From: an uncultured Oscillospiraceae bacterium
GTDB lineage: Bacteria > Bacillota > Clostridia > Oscillospirales > Ruminococcaceae
DNA length: 64,000 bases
Reading direction: 5' to 3'
NCBI GenBank assembly: GCA_902490585.1
Contig: CABUEI010000004.1
Span: 2,361 to 66,360 of the forward strand
The position numbers and the translations under genes were made by a program. Below the pieces are notes generated by a model, which ran no database searches, was not told the origin of the DNA, and worked only from the letters and a program-made list of their open reading frames with translations. Position 1 is the stretch's first letter, and the number at the start of each line of letters is the position of its first letter. Below are positions 28,600 to 38,659 of this stretch, in pieces.

Positions 28600-28893
28600 A
28601 TGAATACAAAACTTGTTTCAAAGGATAAGGACGAACTTTTCAAGGCAATAATGGAACTTAAAAGTGTTGAAGAATGTTACAACTTTTTTGAGGATCTTTG
28701 CACTATAAGAGAGCTTGAGTCTATGGCTCAGCGTCTGCACGTTGCAAAATTGCTTGTTGAGGGAAGAGTATACAGTGATATTGTTGATGAAACGGGAGCC
28801 AGCACCGCTACTATCAGCCGTGTAAACAGATCTTTACAGGGTGGTAATGACGGTTACTCTATCGTTTTCGACAGAATGAAGGATAACGACTGA
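28600..28893 (+). CDS. YerC/YecD family TrpR-related DNA-binding protein
   Basis: About 98 aa. ATG 28600 with GAAAGGGA upstream is preferred over 28582. Conserved …AQRL…G…Y…I…TGAS.ATISRV…L motif. Confidence 0.7.
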   Translation: MNTKLVSKDKDELFKAIMELKSVEECYNFFEDLCTIRELESMAQRLHVAKLLVEGRVYSDIVDETGASTATISRVNRSLQGGNDGYSIVFDRMKDND

Positions 28894-28909
28894 CCGAAAG
28901 GGTGATAAT

Positions 28910-29656
28910 ATGTCGGCATACGGTTGTTTTGCGGACGTTTATGACACGCTGACTTCCAATATCGACTATAAAGAGCTTGCAGAGTATTACGACAGGATAA
29001 TTACAGCCCATGGAGGCAGGAGAGGTATACTTCTTGACCTTGCCTGCGGAACGGGTAGTATGTCCATGCAGTTTTCCGCTCTCGGATATGATGTCATCGG
29101 AGTGGATCTCAGTACCGAAATGCTCAGCATTGCAAAAGAAAAACCGCATGAGAACATCGAATATCTTTGTCAGGATATGTGTGAGCTTGATATGTACGGC
29201 ACTATTGATGTCACAGTATGCGTGCTTGACAGCATAAACCACCTTGACAGCGCAGAGGATATATTGCGGTGTTTTAAATCTGTATCGCTGTTCTGTGACC
29301 CGACGGGACTTTTCGTATTCGATATCAATACAGTAAGGAAGCACAGAGAAGTGCTTGCGGACAACACATTCGTATATGATATGGATAAAGTCTACTGCAT
29401 ATGGCAGAATTATCTTGACTGCAACAGTGACGATAACAGGGTTGATATAGCACTTGATATATTCACAGAGAACGAAGAAGGTTCTTATGAGCGTTCATGC
29501 GAGGATTTTTCGGAGATAGCTTTACCGCTTGACGAGATTGAAGAGTTATTGCGTAAGGCAGGCTTTAAAATTCTTGACAGATATGATTATATGACAACAG
29601 ATAAGGGCAGTGAGAACAGTGAAAAGGTTCTTTACTGCTGTGCAAAGGAAGCATAA
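28910..29656 (+). CDS. Class I SAM-dependent methyltransferase
   Basis: Motif I LDLACGTGSMS; post-I acidic residue DVIGVDLS. Confidence 0.75.
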   Translation: MSAYGCFADVYDTLTSNIDYKELAEYYDRIITAHGGRRGILLDLACGTGSMSMQFSALGYDVIGVDLSTEMLSIAKEKPHENIEYLCQDMCELDMYGTIDVTVCVLDSINHLDSAEDILRCFKSVSLFCDPTGLFVFDINTVRKHREVLADNTFVYDMDKVYCIWQNYLDCNSDDNRVDIALDIFTENEEGSYERSCEDFSEIALPLDEIEELLRKAGFKILDRYDYMTTDKGSENSEKVLYCCAKEA

Positions 29657-29659
29657 TAA

Positions 29660-30535
29660 ATGGGAAAGATAGTAAGAGCATTATCGGCAGATGGCAGTGC
29701 ACTTTGCAGTGCTATTGACACTACTGATATTGTAAATGAAATACACAGAATACACGGCACCTCAGCTACAGCGTCAGCGGCGGCAGGCAGACTTGCCACT
29801 GCGGCTTGTATCATGGGTGCGCTTATGAAAAATGAGGGCGACAGACTTGAACTGCGTATAAACGGCGGCGGAAAAATAGGTACGATTACAACCGTAGCCG
29901 ATTACAGAGGCAATGTAAAGTGCTGTATGGACAATCCTTATGCGGATCTGCCCCTTAATTCAAAAGGTAAGCTCGATGTCGGCGGAATTGTCGGAACAGA
30001 CGGTTACCTTGCTGTAATAAGAGATTTAGGCATGAAAGAGCCGTATGTCGGACAGGTACCTATCGTGAGCGGTGAAATCGCAATGGATGTAACACAGTAC
30101 TATGCCGTAAGCGAACAGATACCCACAGTATGCGCACTTGGTGTACTTGTTGATACCGACCTTACGATAAAGAAAGCAGGCGGATACATGATACAGCTCG
30201 TTCCGCCGGTAAACGAAGCGGCTATTGACTTTATTGAAGAAAATATCAAGGATATGCAGTCCGTTACAAAAATGCTCGAGGAAGGACTCACTCCCGAAGA
30301 AATAGCACTCAAAGGTCTTAAAGGTCTTGACGGTGAAATCCTTGACAGTTGGGAAGCACAGTATTATTGTGACTGCTCAAGAGAGCGTACAGAGCAGGTG
30401 CTGATAACGCTCGGTAAGGAAGAGCTTGCAAAGCTTGCCGACGAAGATCCCGTTACTGAAGTATGCTGTCATTTCTGCGATAAAAAATACAGTTTCACCT
30501 CAGACGAACTGAAAGAACTTATCAAGAGGATATAA
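29660..30535 (+). CDS. hslO: Hsp33 redox-regulated chaperone
   Basis: Hsp33 N-terminal domain and the C-terminal CxC…CxxC zinc centre (YCDCSRE…CHFCDKKY). Confidence 0.85.
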   Translation: MGKIVRALSADGSALCSAIDTTDIVNEIHRIHGTSATASAAAGRLATAACIMGALMKNEGDRLELRINGGGKIGTITTVADYRGNVKCCMDNPYADLPLNSKGKLDVGGIVGTDGYLAVIRDLGMKEPYVGQVPIVSGEIAMDVTQYYAVSEQIPTVCALGVLVDTDLTIKKAGGYMIQLVPPVNEAAIDFIEENIKDMQSVTKMLEEGLTPEEIALKGLKGLDGEILDSWEAQYYCDCSRERTEQVLITLGKEELAKLADEDPVTEVCCHFCDKKYSFTSDELKELIKRI

Positions 30536-30541
30536 TTTCTT

Positions 30542-32560
30542 ATGAAAAAATGGCTTGTCAGAAATTCGGACAATGCACTTGCAATTAAACTTAAAACCGA
30601 CACCGGACTGCCGATGCTTTTGTGCAGTCTGCTTGTCGGAAGAGGTATATATACAGCCGAGCAGGCACAGCAGTTTTTCAACGGTTCTGAGCTGTCAGAC
30701 CCTATGCTGATTGCCGATATGGATAAAGCGGTACAGGCAATAGAAGAAGCGGTTGACAATGAAGTAAAGATAACTGTTTACGGCGATTATGACTGTGACG
30801 GCGTAACATCTACCGTTATGCTTTATACCCACCTTGATGCAATAGGTGCAGATGTCAACTGGTACATACCCACCCGTGAAGAAGGCTACGGACTGAATGA
30901 AAATGCAATCCGTAAAATCCATGATGACGGTACGGGACTTATAATCACAGTTGATAACGGTGTTTCTGCCGTAAATGAAGCAGAGCTGATATATGAACTT
31001 GGTATGAAGCTTGTTATAACCGACCACCATCAGCTCCCCGAAATTCTGCCGAAGGCAGAGGCAATAGTAAATCCTCACAGACGTGACGATACATCACCGT
31101 ATAAGGAGCTTGCCGGTTGCGGTGTGGCATTAAAGTTTATAATGGCACTTGAACATGATACAGACGGTGTTCTTGAACAGTATGCCGACCTTGCGGCTAT
31201 CGGTACTATAGGTGACGTTGTGGCTTTGACAGGAGAAAACCGCATAATAGTAAAGCGTGGACTTCTTGAAATGCAGTACAGTGAAAATCAGGGACTTCTG
31301 GCACTTATTCATGCGGCAGGGCTTGACGAAGAAAATATCACATCTACCGGTATTGCGTTTGGTTTATGTCCCCGTATAAATGCGGCAGGACGTTATGAAA
31401 GTCCTAAAGCGGCGGCAGAGCTTTTTATGGCTCAGACACGTCAGATAGCAGATATTAAAGCACAGGAACTCAATGAGCTCAATACAAAGAGGAAACAGAT
31501 TGAAAGTGAAATTCTTGAGTCTGCCAAGGCTCAGCTTATTTCCGATCCAAAGGCGTTCAATTCCCGTGTGCTTATAGTAAGCGGCGAGGGTTGGAATCAC
31601 GGTATAATAGGAATAGTCAGTGCAAGACTTCTTGAACTGTACGAAAAACCTTGCATTGTCATCGGTATCGAGGGTGATGAGGCGAGAGGTTCGGCAAGAA
31701 GCATTGACGGATTTTCGCTTTACACTGCACTTGATGCCTGTAGCGAGCATCTGACACGTTTTGGCGGTCATACAAAGGCGGCAGGCTTTTCACTGCCGAA
31801 AGATAAACTTGATGATTTTGTTGCACAGCTGAGAGCTTATGCAGATGAAAAATTCCCGTCGATGCCGGTTATGACTGTTGAAGCCGACATAGAACCGGAG
31901 CTTTCTGACCTTGAAATATCGTCTATAGAAAATCTGCGTCATTTACAGCCATACGGTGAGGAAAACACCGCTCCGCTGTTTTTGATGAAAAACTGTACGG
32001 TAATATCTTCACGTCCGCTCAAAGACGGTAAATACACATCATTTACGGCAGAGTACAAAGGCTCACAGTTCAAGTTCCTTTGTTTCGGTATTTCGTACGA
32101 CAAATTTGGATATTTCCCGGGTGATAAAGTTGATGTGCTCAGCCACATTGAGATAAACGAATATAACGATAAAAAAAGCGTCAGCGTAAGAGTGAAGGAT
32201 ATACGCAGAAGCGATTTCCCGCAGGATAAATATTTTGCCGCAAGAAATTTCTATGAAAAAATTCTTCGTGGCGAAAAGACAGATTCAAGACTGCTCAGCC
32301 GTATTCTGCCGAATAAGGAAAACATGAAACTACCCTTTGACCTTGCCAGAAAGATGACATCAATAGATTCAGCTGCTCAGATTGCGATATCACAGGGCAT
32401 GAATTATTGCCTTTTCATGATGTGTCTTCATGTTTTTGCTGAATTCGGTCATCTTAAACTTGACAGAATAAACGGTACAATGGAGTTTATCAAAGGCGGC
32501 AGACGCATTGAGCTTGAAAGCTCTGCAGTAGTAAAAAGGATAATGAAATCCTGTAGCTGA
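30542..32560 (+). CDS. recJ: Single-stranded-DNA-specific exonuclease RecJ
   Basis: DHH motifs (YGDYDCDGVTS, ITDHHQLPE) and a DHHA1 region. Confidence 0.85.
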   Translation: MKKWLVRNSDNALAIKLKTDTGLPMLLCSLLVGRGIYTAEQAQQFFNGSELSDPMLIADMDKAVQAIEEAVDNEVKITVYGDYDCDGVTSTVMLYTHLDAIGADVNWYIPTREEGYGLNENAIRKIHDDGTGLIITVDNGVSAVNEAELIYELGMKLVITDHHQLPEILPKAEAIVNPHRRDDTSPYKELAGCGVALKFIMALEHDTDGVLEQYADLAAIGTIGDVVALTGENRIIVKRGLLEMQYSENQGLLALIHAAGLDEENITSTGIAFGLCPRINAAGRYESPKAAAELFMAQTRQIADIKAQELNELNTKRKQIESEILESAKAQLISDPKAFNSRVLIVSGEGWNHGIIGIVSARLLELYEKPCIVIGIEGDEARGSARSIDGFSLYTALDACSEHLTRFGGHTKAAGFSLPKDKLDDFVAQLRAYADEKFPSMPVMTVEADIEPELSDLEISSIENLRHLQPYGEENTAPLFLMKNCTVISSRPLKDGKYTSFTAEYKGSQFKFLCFGISYDKFGYFPGDKVDVLSHIEINEYNDKKSVSVRVKDIRRSDFPQDKYFAARNFYEKILRGEKTDSRLLSRILPNKENMKLPFDLARKMTSIDSAAQIAISQGMNYCLFMMCLHVFAEFGHLKLDRINGTMEFIKGGRRIELESSAVVKRIMKSCS

Positions 32561-32589
32561 AAAATACAGTGTGAACGGAGGCGGTAAGC

Positions 32590-34767
32590 ATGACATATAC
32601 AATAGATATGCTTATTGACAAGATAAAGGAAGTAGGAAAGAGTTACGACCTCGATAAAATACAGGCGGCATATAAGCTTGCGGAAAAGGCACACGAGGGC
32701 GTATTTCGCTCATCAGGCGAACCTTACATTTCGCATCCTGTAGCAGTAGCATATATACTTGTTGAGCAGTTCTGCATGGATACCGATACGATCTGTGCCG
32801 CACTTCTGCACGATGTAGTTGAAGATACAGATGTCGGACTTGATATAATTCAGAAAAAATTCGGCGAAGATGTTGCTCATCTTGTTGACGGTGTTACAAA
32901 GATAGGTCAGGTACCGCTGAACACCCGTGAGGAACAGCAGGCAGAGAATATCCGTAAAATTCTTATTGCTATGTCAAAGGATATCCGTGTTATTATCATA
33001 AAGCTTGCCGACAGACTTCATAATATGAGAACTCTTGCAAGCAGACCTCCCGAAAAACAGCGCAAGACCTCTCTTGAAACGATGAACTTCTACGCTCCTA
33101 TCGCTCACAGACTCGGTATCAGCGATGTAAAAGAAGAAATGGAAGACCTTGCTTTGCGCTACCTTGACCCATACGGTTTCAAGGAAATAGAGTCACTCCT
33201 TGACGTTCACAAGGACGAGCGTGATACATTCATTGATAAGATAAAGGGAATGATAAGAGAACGTATATCCGATATCCAGCCCCCACCGATAATTGAAGGC
33301 AGGGTAAAGAGCATATACAGCATTTATAAGAAGGTCTATGTCAAAGGAAAGGACTTTTCCGAGATATACGATATCTATGCCGTAAGAATAATTCTCCAGA
33401 CAGTTGTAGAGTGCTATAACGTACTGGGTATAATCCACGATATGTTCCGTCCTATTCCTTATCGTTTCAAGGATTATATCGCAATGCCCAAGCCTAACCG
33501 TTACCAGTCGCTCCACACGACAGTTATCGGCAGAGAAGGTATACCATTTGAAGTACAGATAAGAACACAGGAAATGCACAATACCGCACAGTACGGTATT
33601 GCGGCACACTGGAAGTATAAAGCAGGAATATCCGGCAATGTTGCAGGCGAGAAGCGCTTTGACTGGATAAGACAGCTTCTGGAGCAACAGCAGGAAGCAG
33701 ATGATGTTGAGCAGATATCGGAAGCGATCAAGGTTGACCTTGCCCCCGATGATGTATATATTTTCACTCCCAAGGGTGATGTTATAACTCTCCCTGCCGG
33801 TGCAAACGTTATCGACTTTGCCTACGCTATTCATACACAGGTCGGTAACAAAATGACAGGTGCAAAAGTCGGCGGCAGAATGGTTCCATTTGACCATACT
33901 CTCCACACAGGCGATATTGTTGAGATACTGACAAGCGGAAGTGACAATTACGGTCCTAACCGTAACTGGAGCGAGATTGCAAAGACAAACGAAGCCAAAG
34001 CCAAGATAAGAGCATGGTTTAAGCGTGAACGCAGAGAAGAGAACATCGAGTGCGGTAAAGCGGCATTTGAAAAGGAAATCCGCAGAAACAATATTGCGGT
34101 AGACGATGAAATTCTCTTACAGGCGGCACACCGTCAGCGTTTATCCTCTGTTGACGATTTATATGCGGCTATAGGCTACGGTGGTGTACAGCTCACTAAG
34201 ATAATTACACGCTTAAAAGAAGAGCAGGTAAAGCAACAGCGCCAGAATGCCGCTCAGGCTCAGCCGATCGACATTGAAAAAACTATAGCCGACAACAATA
34301 AGAGAGCACAAAAGAACGGCGTTGTCCTTGACGGAATTGACGATTGTGCCGTAAAATATGCACAGTGCTGTAATCCGTTGCCGGGTGACGATATCATGGG
34401 CTTTATCACCCGTGGGTACGGCGTTTCCATTCATAAGGCAGACTGCCAGAATGTAAAACTCGGTATGCAGGGCGAAAACAAAGACAGATGGGTAAAGGCA
34501 CACTGGGCGGTAAATTCAAGCAGTTCGTTCAGAGCTACCATTGATATCATTGCAGATGACAGAACGGCACTTATTGCCGATATCACAACGGCAATTGCAA
34601 GCAATCATCTGCCTATCCATGAGATTAACGCACATTCACTCAAAAACGGAAACGCAAATATTATTTTAACAATCGAAGTCAGCGGTATCGACCAGCTCAA
34701 GAGCATAATACTGCGTCTTCAGAAGATACCCGGAGTAATCTCTGCCGAAAGGACGGGAAAACAGTAA
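32590..34767 (+). CDS. rel: Bifunctional (p)ppGpp synthetase/hydrolase Rel
   Basis: HD hydrolase (HPVAVA…LLHDVVED), synthetase, TGS and ACT regions; 725 aa. Confidence 0.9.
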   Translation: MTYTIDMLIDKIKEVGKSYDLDKIQAAYKLAEKAHEGVFRSSGEPYISHPVAVAYILVEQFCMDTDTICAALLHDVVEDTDVGLDIIQKKFGEDVAHLVDGVTKIGQVPLNTREEQQAENIRKILIAMSKDIRVIIIKLADRLHNMRTLASRPPEKQRKTSLETMNFYAPIAHRLGISDVKEEMEDLALRYLDPYGFKEIESLLDVHKDERDTFIDKIKGMIRERISDIQPPPIIEGRVKSIYSIYKKVYVKGKDFSEIYDIYAVRIILQTVVECYNVLGIIHDMFRPIPYRFKDYIAMPKPNRYQSLHTTVIGREGIPFEVQIRTQEMHNTAQYGIAAHWKYKAGISGNVAGEKRFDWIRQLLEQQQEADDVEQISEAIKVDLAPDDVYIFTPKGDVITLPAGANVIDFAYAIHTQVGNKMTGAKVGGRMVPFDHTLHTGDIVEILTSGSDNYGPNRNWSEIAKTNEAKAKIRAWFKRERREENIECGKAAFEKEIRRNNIAVDDEILLQAAHRQRLSSVDDLYAAIGYGGVQLTKIITRLKEEQVKQQRQNAAQAQPIDIEKTIADNNKRAQKNGVVLDGIDDCAVKYAQCCNPLPGDDIMGFITRGYGVSIHKADCQNVKLGMQGENKDRWVKAHWAVNSSSSFRATIDIIADDRTALIADITTAIASNHLPIHEINAHSLKNGNANIILTIEVSGIDQLKSIILRLQKIPGVISAERTGKQ

Positions 34768-35405
34768 TGGAAATAAAAACACTCGCCTTGGGCGAGCTCG
34801 GTACAAATTGCTATATAGTGATCAGTGCCGCAGGAAACGCCGCAGTAATAGACCCTGCGGACGATGCACAGCGTATTCTTGATACACTTAAAGCAGAAAA
34901 TGCCGAACTTAAAATGATACTTCTCACTCACGGACATTTTGACCATACGGGTGCCGCCGCTGACCTTAAAGAACAGACAGGTGCAAAGGTGTATATTCAC
35001 GCTAAGGATGAATGTATGCTCGATAATACAATCAAGAATGTCGCATATCTTTGCCCCGACTATTCCTACAAACCGTTCTCAGCTGATGTTCTTCTTTCCG
35101 ATGGTGATATCATACGTCTTGATGAGATAGAATTCAGCGTTATGAATACACCCGGACATACCGCAGGCAGTGTTGTTTATTTTGCCGATAATTATATGTT
35201 CGCAGGTGATACGATTTTTGAGGGCTCGGCAGGAAGAACCGATTTCTATTCGGGTGATTACATTGCACAGCGAAACAGCCTTGCAAGACTTGCCGCACTG
35301 CGTGAGGATTATATAATTTATCCCGGTCATGGCGGTTCAACCACGTTGAAACAGGAAAAGAAGTTCAATCCTTACCTCAGCCAAAGTCCTGTGGATTTCT
35401 TCTGA
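34767..35405 (+). CDS. MBL-fold metallo-hydrolase
   Basis: LTHGHFDHTGAA metallo-beta-lactamase motif; 1-nt overlap with the rel stop. Confidence 0.8.
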   Translation: MEIKTLALGELGTNCYIVISAAGNAAVIDPADDAQRILDTLKAENAELKMILLTHGHFDHTGAAADLKEQTGAKVYIHAKDECMLDNTIKNVAYLCPDYSYKPFSADVLLSDGDIIRLDEIEFSVMNTPGHTAGSVVYFADNYMFAGDTIFEGSAGRTDFYSGDYIAQRNSLARLAALREDYIIYPGHGGSTTLKQEKKFNPYLSQSPVDFF

Positions 35406-35406
35406 T

Positions 35407-36849
35407 ATGATAAAATCACTTTATTTTGATAATACGGCATATAAGTTTGTCTATGAGCTTGAGCGGCTGATAAGGAATTTTTCCTTGCCGCACAAGCTTG
35501 AATTTTATACAGACAAAATTCCAAGCGATACAGAATATGCGTATTTCTGCGCAGATAACGGCAACTTGTCTGTAACTGTATCGGATATCGGCGCAACATA
35601 TACCGAAAGCTCACACATTGCCGAACCGTCAGCTTACGAAAATGAGCTATGCAGACTGCTGTGCAGATGTATGGAAAAACACGGTCATGCTCCGCTCCCG
35701 TGGGGAATACTCACAGGAGTACGCCCGGTGAAATATATCCGCAGTATCTATGAAACCCATGATAATGCCGAGGACTATATCAAAAATACCTTACTTGTCA
35801 GCGAAAGAAAACTTCGTCTTGCAAATGACGTGATCCGTCTGCAAAAGCCGGTACTTGATACACCGGACTTAAAGAAGATAAGCCTTTATATTTCAATCCC
35901 GTTCTGTCCGTCACGTTGCAGTTATTGTTCGTTTATATCTGCATCGGGTGAAGGTGCATTGAAACTGATTGATGATTATTTTGAACTGCTTCTTAAAGAG
36001 CTTGATATCTATGCTGAGATTGTAAAAAGATTTTCGCTTAAAGTTGATACTGTTTATATAGGCGGCGGAACGCCCACCACACTGTCGGCATCTCAGCTTG
36101 ACCGCCTTATTGATAAACTCGGTGAATTTAATATAGCTGATATCCGTGAATTTACCGCAGAAGCAGGCAGACCCGACACTATAACCGAAGATAAACTCAG
36201 AGCACTTAAAAACGGCGGTGTCCGCAGAATTTCGATCAATCCGCAGTCTATGAATGATAATGTACTGGAAGCGGTAGGCAGACGGCATACTGTAAAGCAG
36301 GTTTGCGATGCGTTTGAAGTAGCACGAAAAGTTGGCTTTGACTGTATCAATTCCGATATAATTGCAGGACTGCCGTTAGAAACAGAGCAGAGCTTTGAGC
36401 TGTCACTGAAACGGCTTTGCGAGTTATCCCCCGAAAATATCACTGTCCATACACTAAGTCTTAAACGTTCATCGGCTTTATTCCGTCAGTTCGGCGATGA
36501 TATAGGCAAAGGTGCAAAGTGTATGACCGATACGGCTTACGATTTACTGAGTGCAAACGGCTATCTGCCGTACTATCTTTACCGTCAGAAAAATATAGCC
36601 GATAATCTTGAGAATATCGGTTACTGCAAAGAGGGTTTTGAAAGTATCTACAATATCTGCATAATGGAAGATGTACAGACAATTCTTGCGGCAGGTTGCG
36701 GAGCGTCTACAAAGCTTTATGACGGAAAAAATGTTTCAAGGGTGATAAATTATAAATACCCTTATGAGTATATTTCACGTTTTGAACTGATGAACGAACG
36801 TAAACGTGAAATAGAAGATTTCTTTGAAAACAAATTAACGCTTGCATAA
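35407..36849 (+). CDS. Radical SAM coproporphyrinogen-III-oxidase-like protein (HemZ/HemN-like)
   Basis: CPSRCSYCSF CxxxCxxC radical SAM motif within an approximately 480-aa HemZ-like architecture. Confidence 0.7.
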   Translation: MIKSLYFDNTAYKFVYELERLIRNFSLPHKLEFYTDKIPSDTEYAYFCADNGNLSVTVSDIGATYTESSHIAEPSAYENELCRLLCRCMEKHGHAPLPWGILTGVRPVKYIRSIYETHDNAEDYIKNTLLVSERKLRLANDVIRLQKPVLDTPDLKKISLYISIPFCPSRCSYCSFISASGEGALKLIDDYFELLLKELDIYAEIVKRFSLKVDTVYIGGGTPTTLSASQLDRLIDKLGEFNIADIREFTAEAGRPDTITEDKLRALKNGGVRRISINPQSMNDNVLEAVGRRHTVKQVCDAFEVARKVGFDCINSDIIAGLPLETEQSFELSLKRLCELSPENITVHTLSLKRSSALFRQFGDDIGKGAKCMTDTAYDLLSANGYLPYYLYRQKNIADNLENIGYCKEGFESIYNICIMEDVQTILAAGCGASTKLYDGKNVSRVINYKYPYEYISRFELMNERKREIEDFFENKLTLA

Positions 36850-36901
36850 TTTTTCTTATTGTGCTACAATATAAAAAAGCTTTCTGAAAGGAAATACGGC
36901 T

Positions 36902-37327
36902 ATGGATTTTAAAGACGAATTTGATTTTATATCAGAAAAAGCAAAACAGCTTACTGATACAGGCATACGCAAAGCTGACGAGGTAATCAGTGTTTCTAAG
37001 ATGAAACTTAGATGTATTCAGCTTGATGCTCTGATAAAAGCTAAATATACCGAACTCGGCAGAACTATGTACGGTATGGTTAAAAACGACAGTTCCGATG
37101 CCGACAGAATTGCACAGGCAGTAATGGAAATAGACCACCTCTATAAGAAAATGGCACAGTACAATGCCAGAATAGAGATGATGAAAAAGATAGTTACTTG
37201 TCCCGTATGCGGAACAAAGAACAAGTTCAGCAACACTTATTGTACCGCTTGTATGCACAAGCTTGTGTCAACCGATGAAGAACCTGAGGATTACGCATTT
37301 AATCCCGAGGACGCTGAGAACGAATAA
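36902..37327 (+). CDS. Hypothetical coiled-coil protein with a C-terminal zinc ribbon
   Basis: 141 aa; C-terminal CPVCGTKN…YCTACMHK motif; acidic tail. Confidence 0.55.
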   Translation: MDFKDEFDFISEKAKQLTDTGIRKADEVISVSKMKLRCIQLDALIKAKYTELGRTMYGMVKNDSSDADRIAQAVMEIDHLYKKMAQYNARIEMMKKIVTCPVCGTKNKFSNTYCTACMHKLVSTDEEPEDYAFNPEDAENE

Positions 37328-37343
37328 TATTGATTTGTAAAGA

Positions 37344-37372
37344 GGCACGATAATAAAAATCGTGTCTTTTTT
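37344..37372 (+). terminator. Rho-independent terminator
   Basis: cacgat / atcgtg stem, aataaaa loop, T6 run. Confidence 0.6.
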
Positions 37373-37519
37373 CTGTTATTTTTGCATAAAAAACGTTAAT
37401 TTTGCCAAAACTATTTACATAAGCTGAAAGTGGGTTTATAATATCATCTGTAAAATTGTCCGAAAAGGACAAAACAGAGTATTATTACGCAATCCTCTTA
37501 ATCCATTTCCCATATAGAT

Positions 37520-37549
37520 ATGCCCCTGTGTATTTTGGTACAGGGGCAT
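37520..37549. terminator. Perfect 10-bp hairpin with a U-rich tail only on the plus side
   Basis: atgcccctgt–N10–acaggggcat. On the plus strand it is followed by TTCTTTGTGTT; on the minus strand by AUCUAUAUGGG. It lies directly 3' of the minus-strand hydrolase gene. Confidence 0.55.
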
Positions 37550-37558
37550 TTCTTTGTG

Positions 37559-38533
37559 TTAATTCTGATAATTTATCTGTTCTTCACTAAGCATAGGATA
37601 AGTAATAAGATCATTTCCGTCGAGATTTTCTTTTCTCATATCAACAGCGGAAATACGGTGATTATCATAAGTTGTGTAATAATAAATCCCCTTATCCGCA
37701 TTACAGCATGAGGTATAAATAGTGATCTCGTATTCCTTGTCTTTTACCTCACAACAGCCTCTCTGCTGGTCAACCGAGCCGAGTATATGGAAAAACTGGC
37801 TTACGCTTTCGGTTTCGCCTTTTCCGGAAACAGAGTTCGCCTTGACAAAAGCTACACGTACAAATCTTGACTGTGAAGATAAGTCGCCCGGGAGCCCGAT
37901 AGCACCCATACCTCTGCTGTAGGTTTTTAGTTCCAGCTTATCTGAAAAATTGTTCTGTGGTTGTTTCGGCGATAAGTGCATATAGTCATTCAATCTGAAC
38001 ATCTGCTCGTCAAATGGCGGATTGTTGGTAAGCACTCCGAGCGGATTATCATATATCTTTATTCCGTCCGAAACAGATTCGACAGTGATTGCACTGTTCT
38101 TGTCGGCAATTATCCAGTGGAGCTGACCTACAGGCATACGCTCATTGAACGGTGTATCGGTTATATTTATCCTTGCAAGCATATCCTTTGCTTCATTTAC
38201 ATCGGAACATTTTGCAAGGATATAGGGGATAAATTCATACTGCGCTACATTGTCCTTATCGGGAATATCTTTAAAATAATGCGCGTTTCCTACAAAGTTA
38301 AGCCCTGCCATGCAAAGTCCTTTTTCGTTCATTGCGTCATAGAAAAGCGGATATCCTCCTGCAATATGAGCCGTGCCTATTACGGCATAATGTTTTTCGC
38401 ATACTCCCATATTCAGAAATTCAAGTCTGAAATTTCTCGGCATGATTACTATTTCTTCGCCGTAAGAGCTTTCATAGTCAAGCGTTCTGCCAAAGTAAAA
38501 ATCTTCTGTTTTATATGTTGCGGCTGTGCACAT
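37559..38533 (-). CDS. Choloylglycine hydrolase / linear amide C-N hydrolase (Ntn hydrolase, bile-salt-hydrolase / penicillin-V-acylase family)
   Basis: 324 aa beginning MC…: the nucleophilic Cys2 becomes N-terminal once Met is removed, the hallmark of this family. Overall BSH/PVA-like length and motifs. Confidence 0.7.
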   Translation of the reverse strand: MCTAATYKTEDFYFGRTLDYESSYGEEIVIMPRNFRLEFLNMGVCEKHYAVIGTAHIAGGYPLFYDAMNEKGLCMAGLNFVGNAHYFKDIPDKDNVAQYEFIPYILAKCSDVNEAKDMLARINITDTPFNERMPVGQLHWIIADKNSAITVESVSDGIKIYDNPLGVLTNNPPFDEQMFRLNDYMHLSPKQPQNNFSDKLELKTYSRGMGAIGLPGDLSSQSRFVRVAFVKANSVSGKGETESVSQFFHILGSVDQQRGCCEVKDKEYEITIYTSCCNADKGIYYYTTYDNHRISAVDMRKENLDGNDLITYPMLSEEQINYQN

Positions 38534-38605
38534 ATTATTACCTCCGTGTTTTTTAAGTTTCTGTTATTATTCTACTACATTTTCCCCCGTAAGTAAAGAA
38601 ATATT

Positions 38606-38639
38606 ACGATAAAAAGGGCAGTGCCGAAACACTGCCCTC
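38606..38639 (-). terminator. Rho-independent terminator after proS
   Basis: agggcagtg / cactgccct stem followed by a U-run on the minus strand. Confidence 0.7.
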
Positions 38640-38659
38640 AGACTATTCACTTAAAAATC

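Noticed and set aside
33193-33906. 237-aa minus-strand ORF inside rel
   Set aside because: It is antisense to a highly conserved RelA/SpoT gene, has no ribosome-binding site and has unusual composition.
37976-38596. 206-aa plus-strand ORF antisense to the Ntn-hydrolase gene
   Set aside because: It overlaps a convincing minus-strand gene (MC… Ntn hydrolase) along its whole length and has no ribosome-binding site, so it is probably a shadow ORF.
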